A DNA stretch of 64,000 nt from Octopus bimaculoides (Eukaryota). The DNA is taken from contig NC_069005.1 of NCBI RefSeq assembly GCF_001194135.2, positions 34,087,142 through 34,151,141 on the forward strand, written 5' to 3'. Positions 63,951-64,000 of this stretch are shown one piece after another. Within the stretch, counting starts at the first letter, position 1. Each line of letters begins with the position of its first letter. The translations under genes and the position numbers were made by a program. The notes under the pieces are model-generated. The model was not told the DNA's origin, made no database searches, and worked only from the letters and a program-made list of their open reading frames with translations.

Positions 63951-64000
63951 ATCACGCGCACGCGTATGTACATGCACATGCACATACATATATATATATA

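Larger units (their letters stand above)
1..64000. other. Gapped, microsatellite-rich eukaryotic (probably octopus) intergenic or intronic DNA
   Basis: N-runs at 404-1006, 1469-2447, 6756-7396, 8758-8980, 10836-10845, 13384-14338, 19483-19635, 20707-21126, 22920-22929, 24742-24875, 26107-26418, 28228-28743, 30162-30558, 31636-31932, 40341-40428, 41134-41627, 43779-44494, 46576-46720, 51528-51736, 52735-52744, 56194-56876, 57716-58647 and 60780-60888. Dense di-, tri- and tetranucleotide repeats. SINE sequences resemble recalled octopus families. Confidence 0.85.

Overview
This is eukaryotic, AT-rich, microsatellite-saturated DNA from a draft assembly. It has 23 N-gaps totalling about 9 kb (about 14%), almost all bounded by (TA)n, (CA)n, (CT)n or triplet repeats. 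The SINE families and repeat profile look like an octopus genome (inference from recalled repeat consensi, not a search). No intact protein-coding gene, RNA gene or CRISPR array is recognisable, and nearly all ORFs in the supplied track are artefacts of simple repeats or N-runs. What can be supported: (1) six decayed fragments, at five loci, of an R4/Dong-clade non-LTR retrotransposon with a restriction-like endonuclease (RLE), all on the minus strand and mostly abutting microsatellites; together they cover the RT core, thumb, CCHC knuckle, RLE and 3' UTR; (2) two mariner relics; (3) about 20 copies or fragments of several SINE and other interspersed repeat families; (4) an identical 220-bp duplication across a gap, probably an assembly artefact. 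More speculatively, a tract at about 52.8-56 kb with no recognisable transposon holds NRF1-like, YY1 and TATA/Inr motifs, divergent splice donors and candidate short exons on both strands, which would fit a possibly bidirectional promoter. A few candidate microexons lie elsewhere. I found no convincing novel biological system; the gene-related calls are hypotheses for RNA-seq testing.
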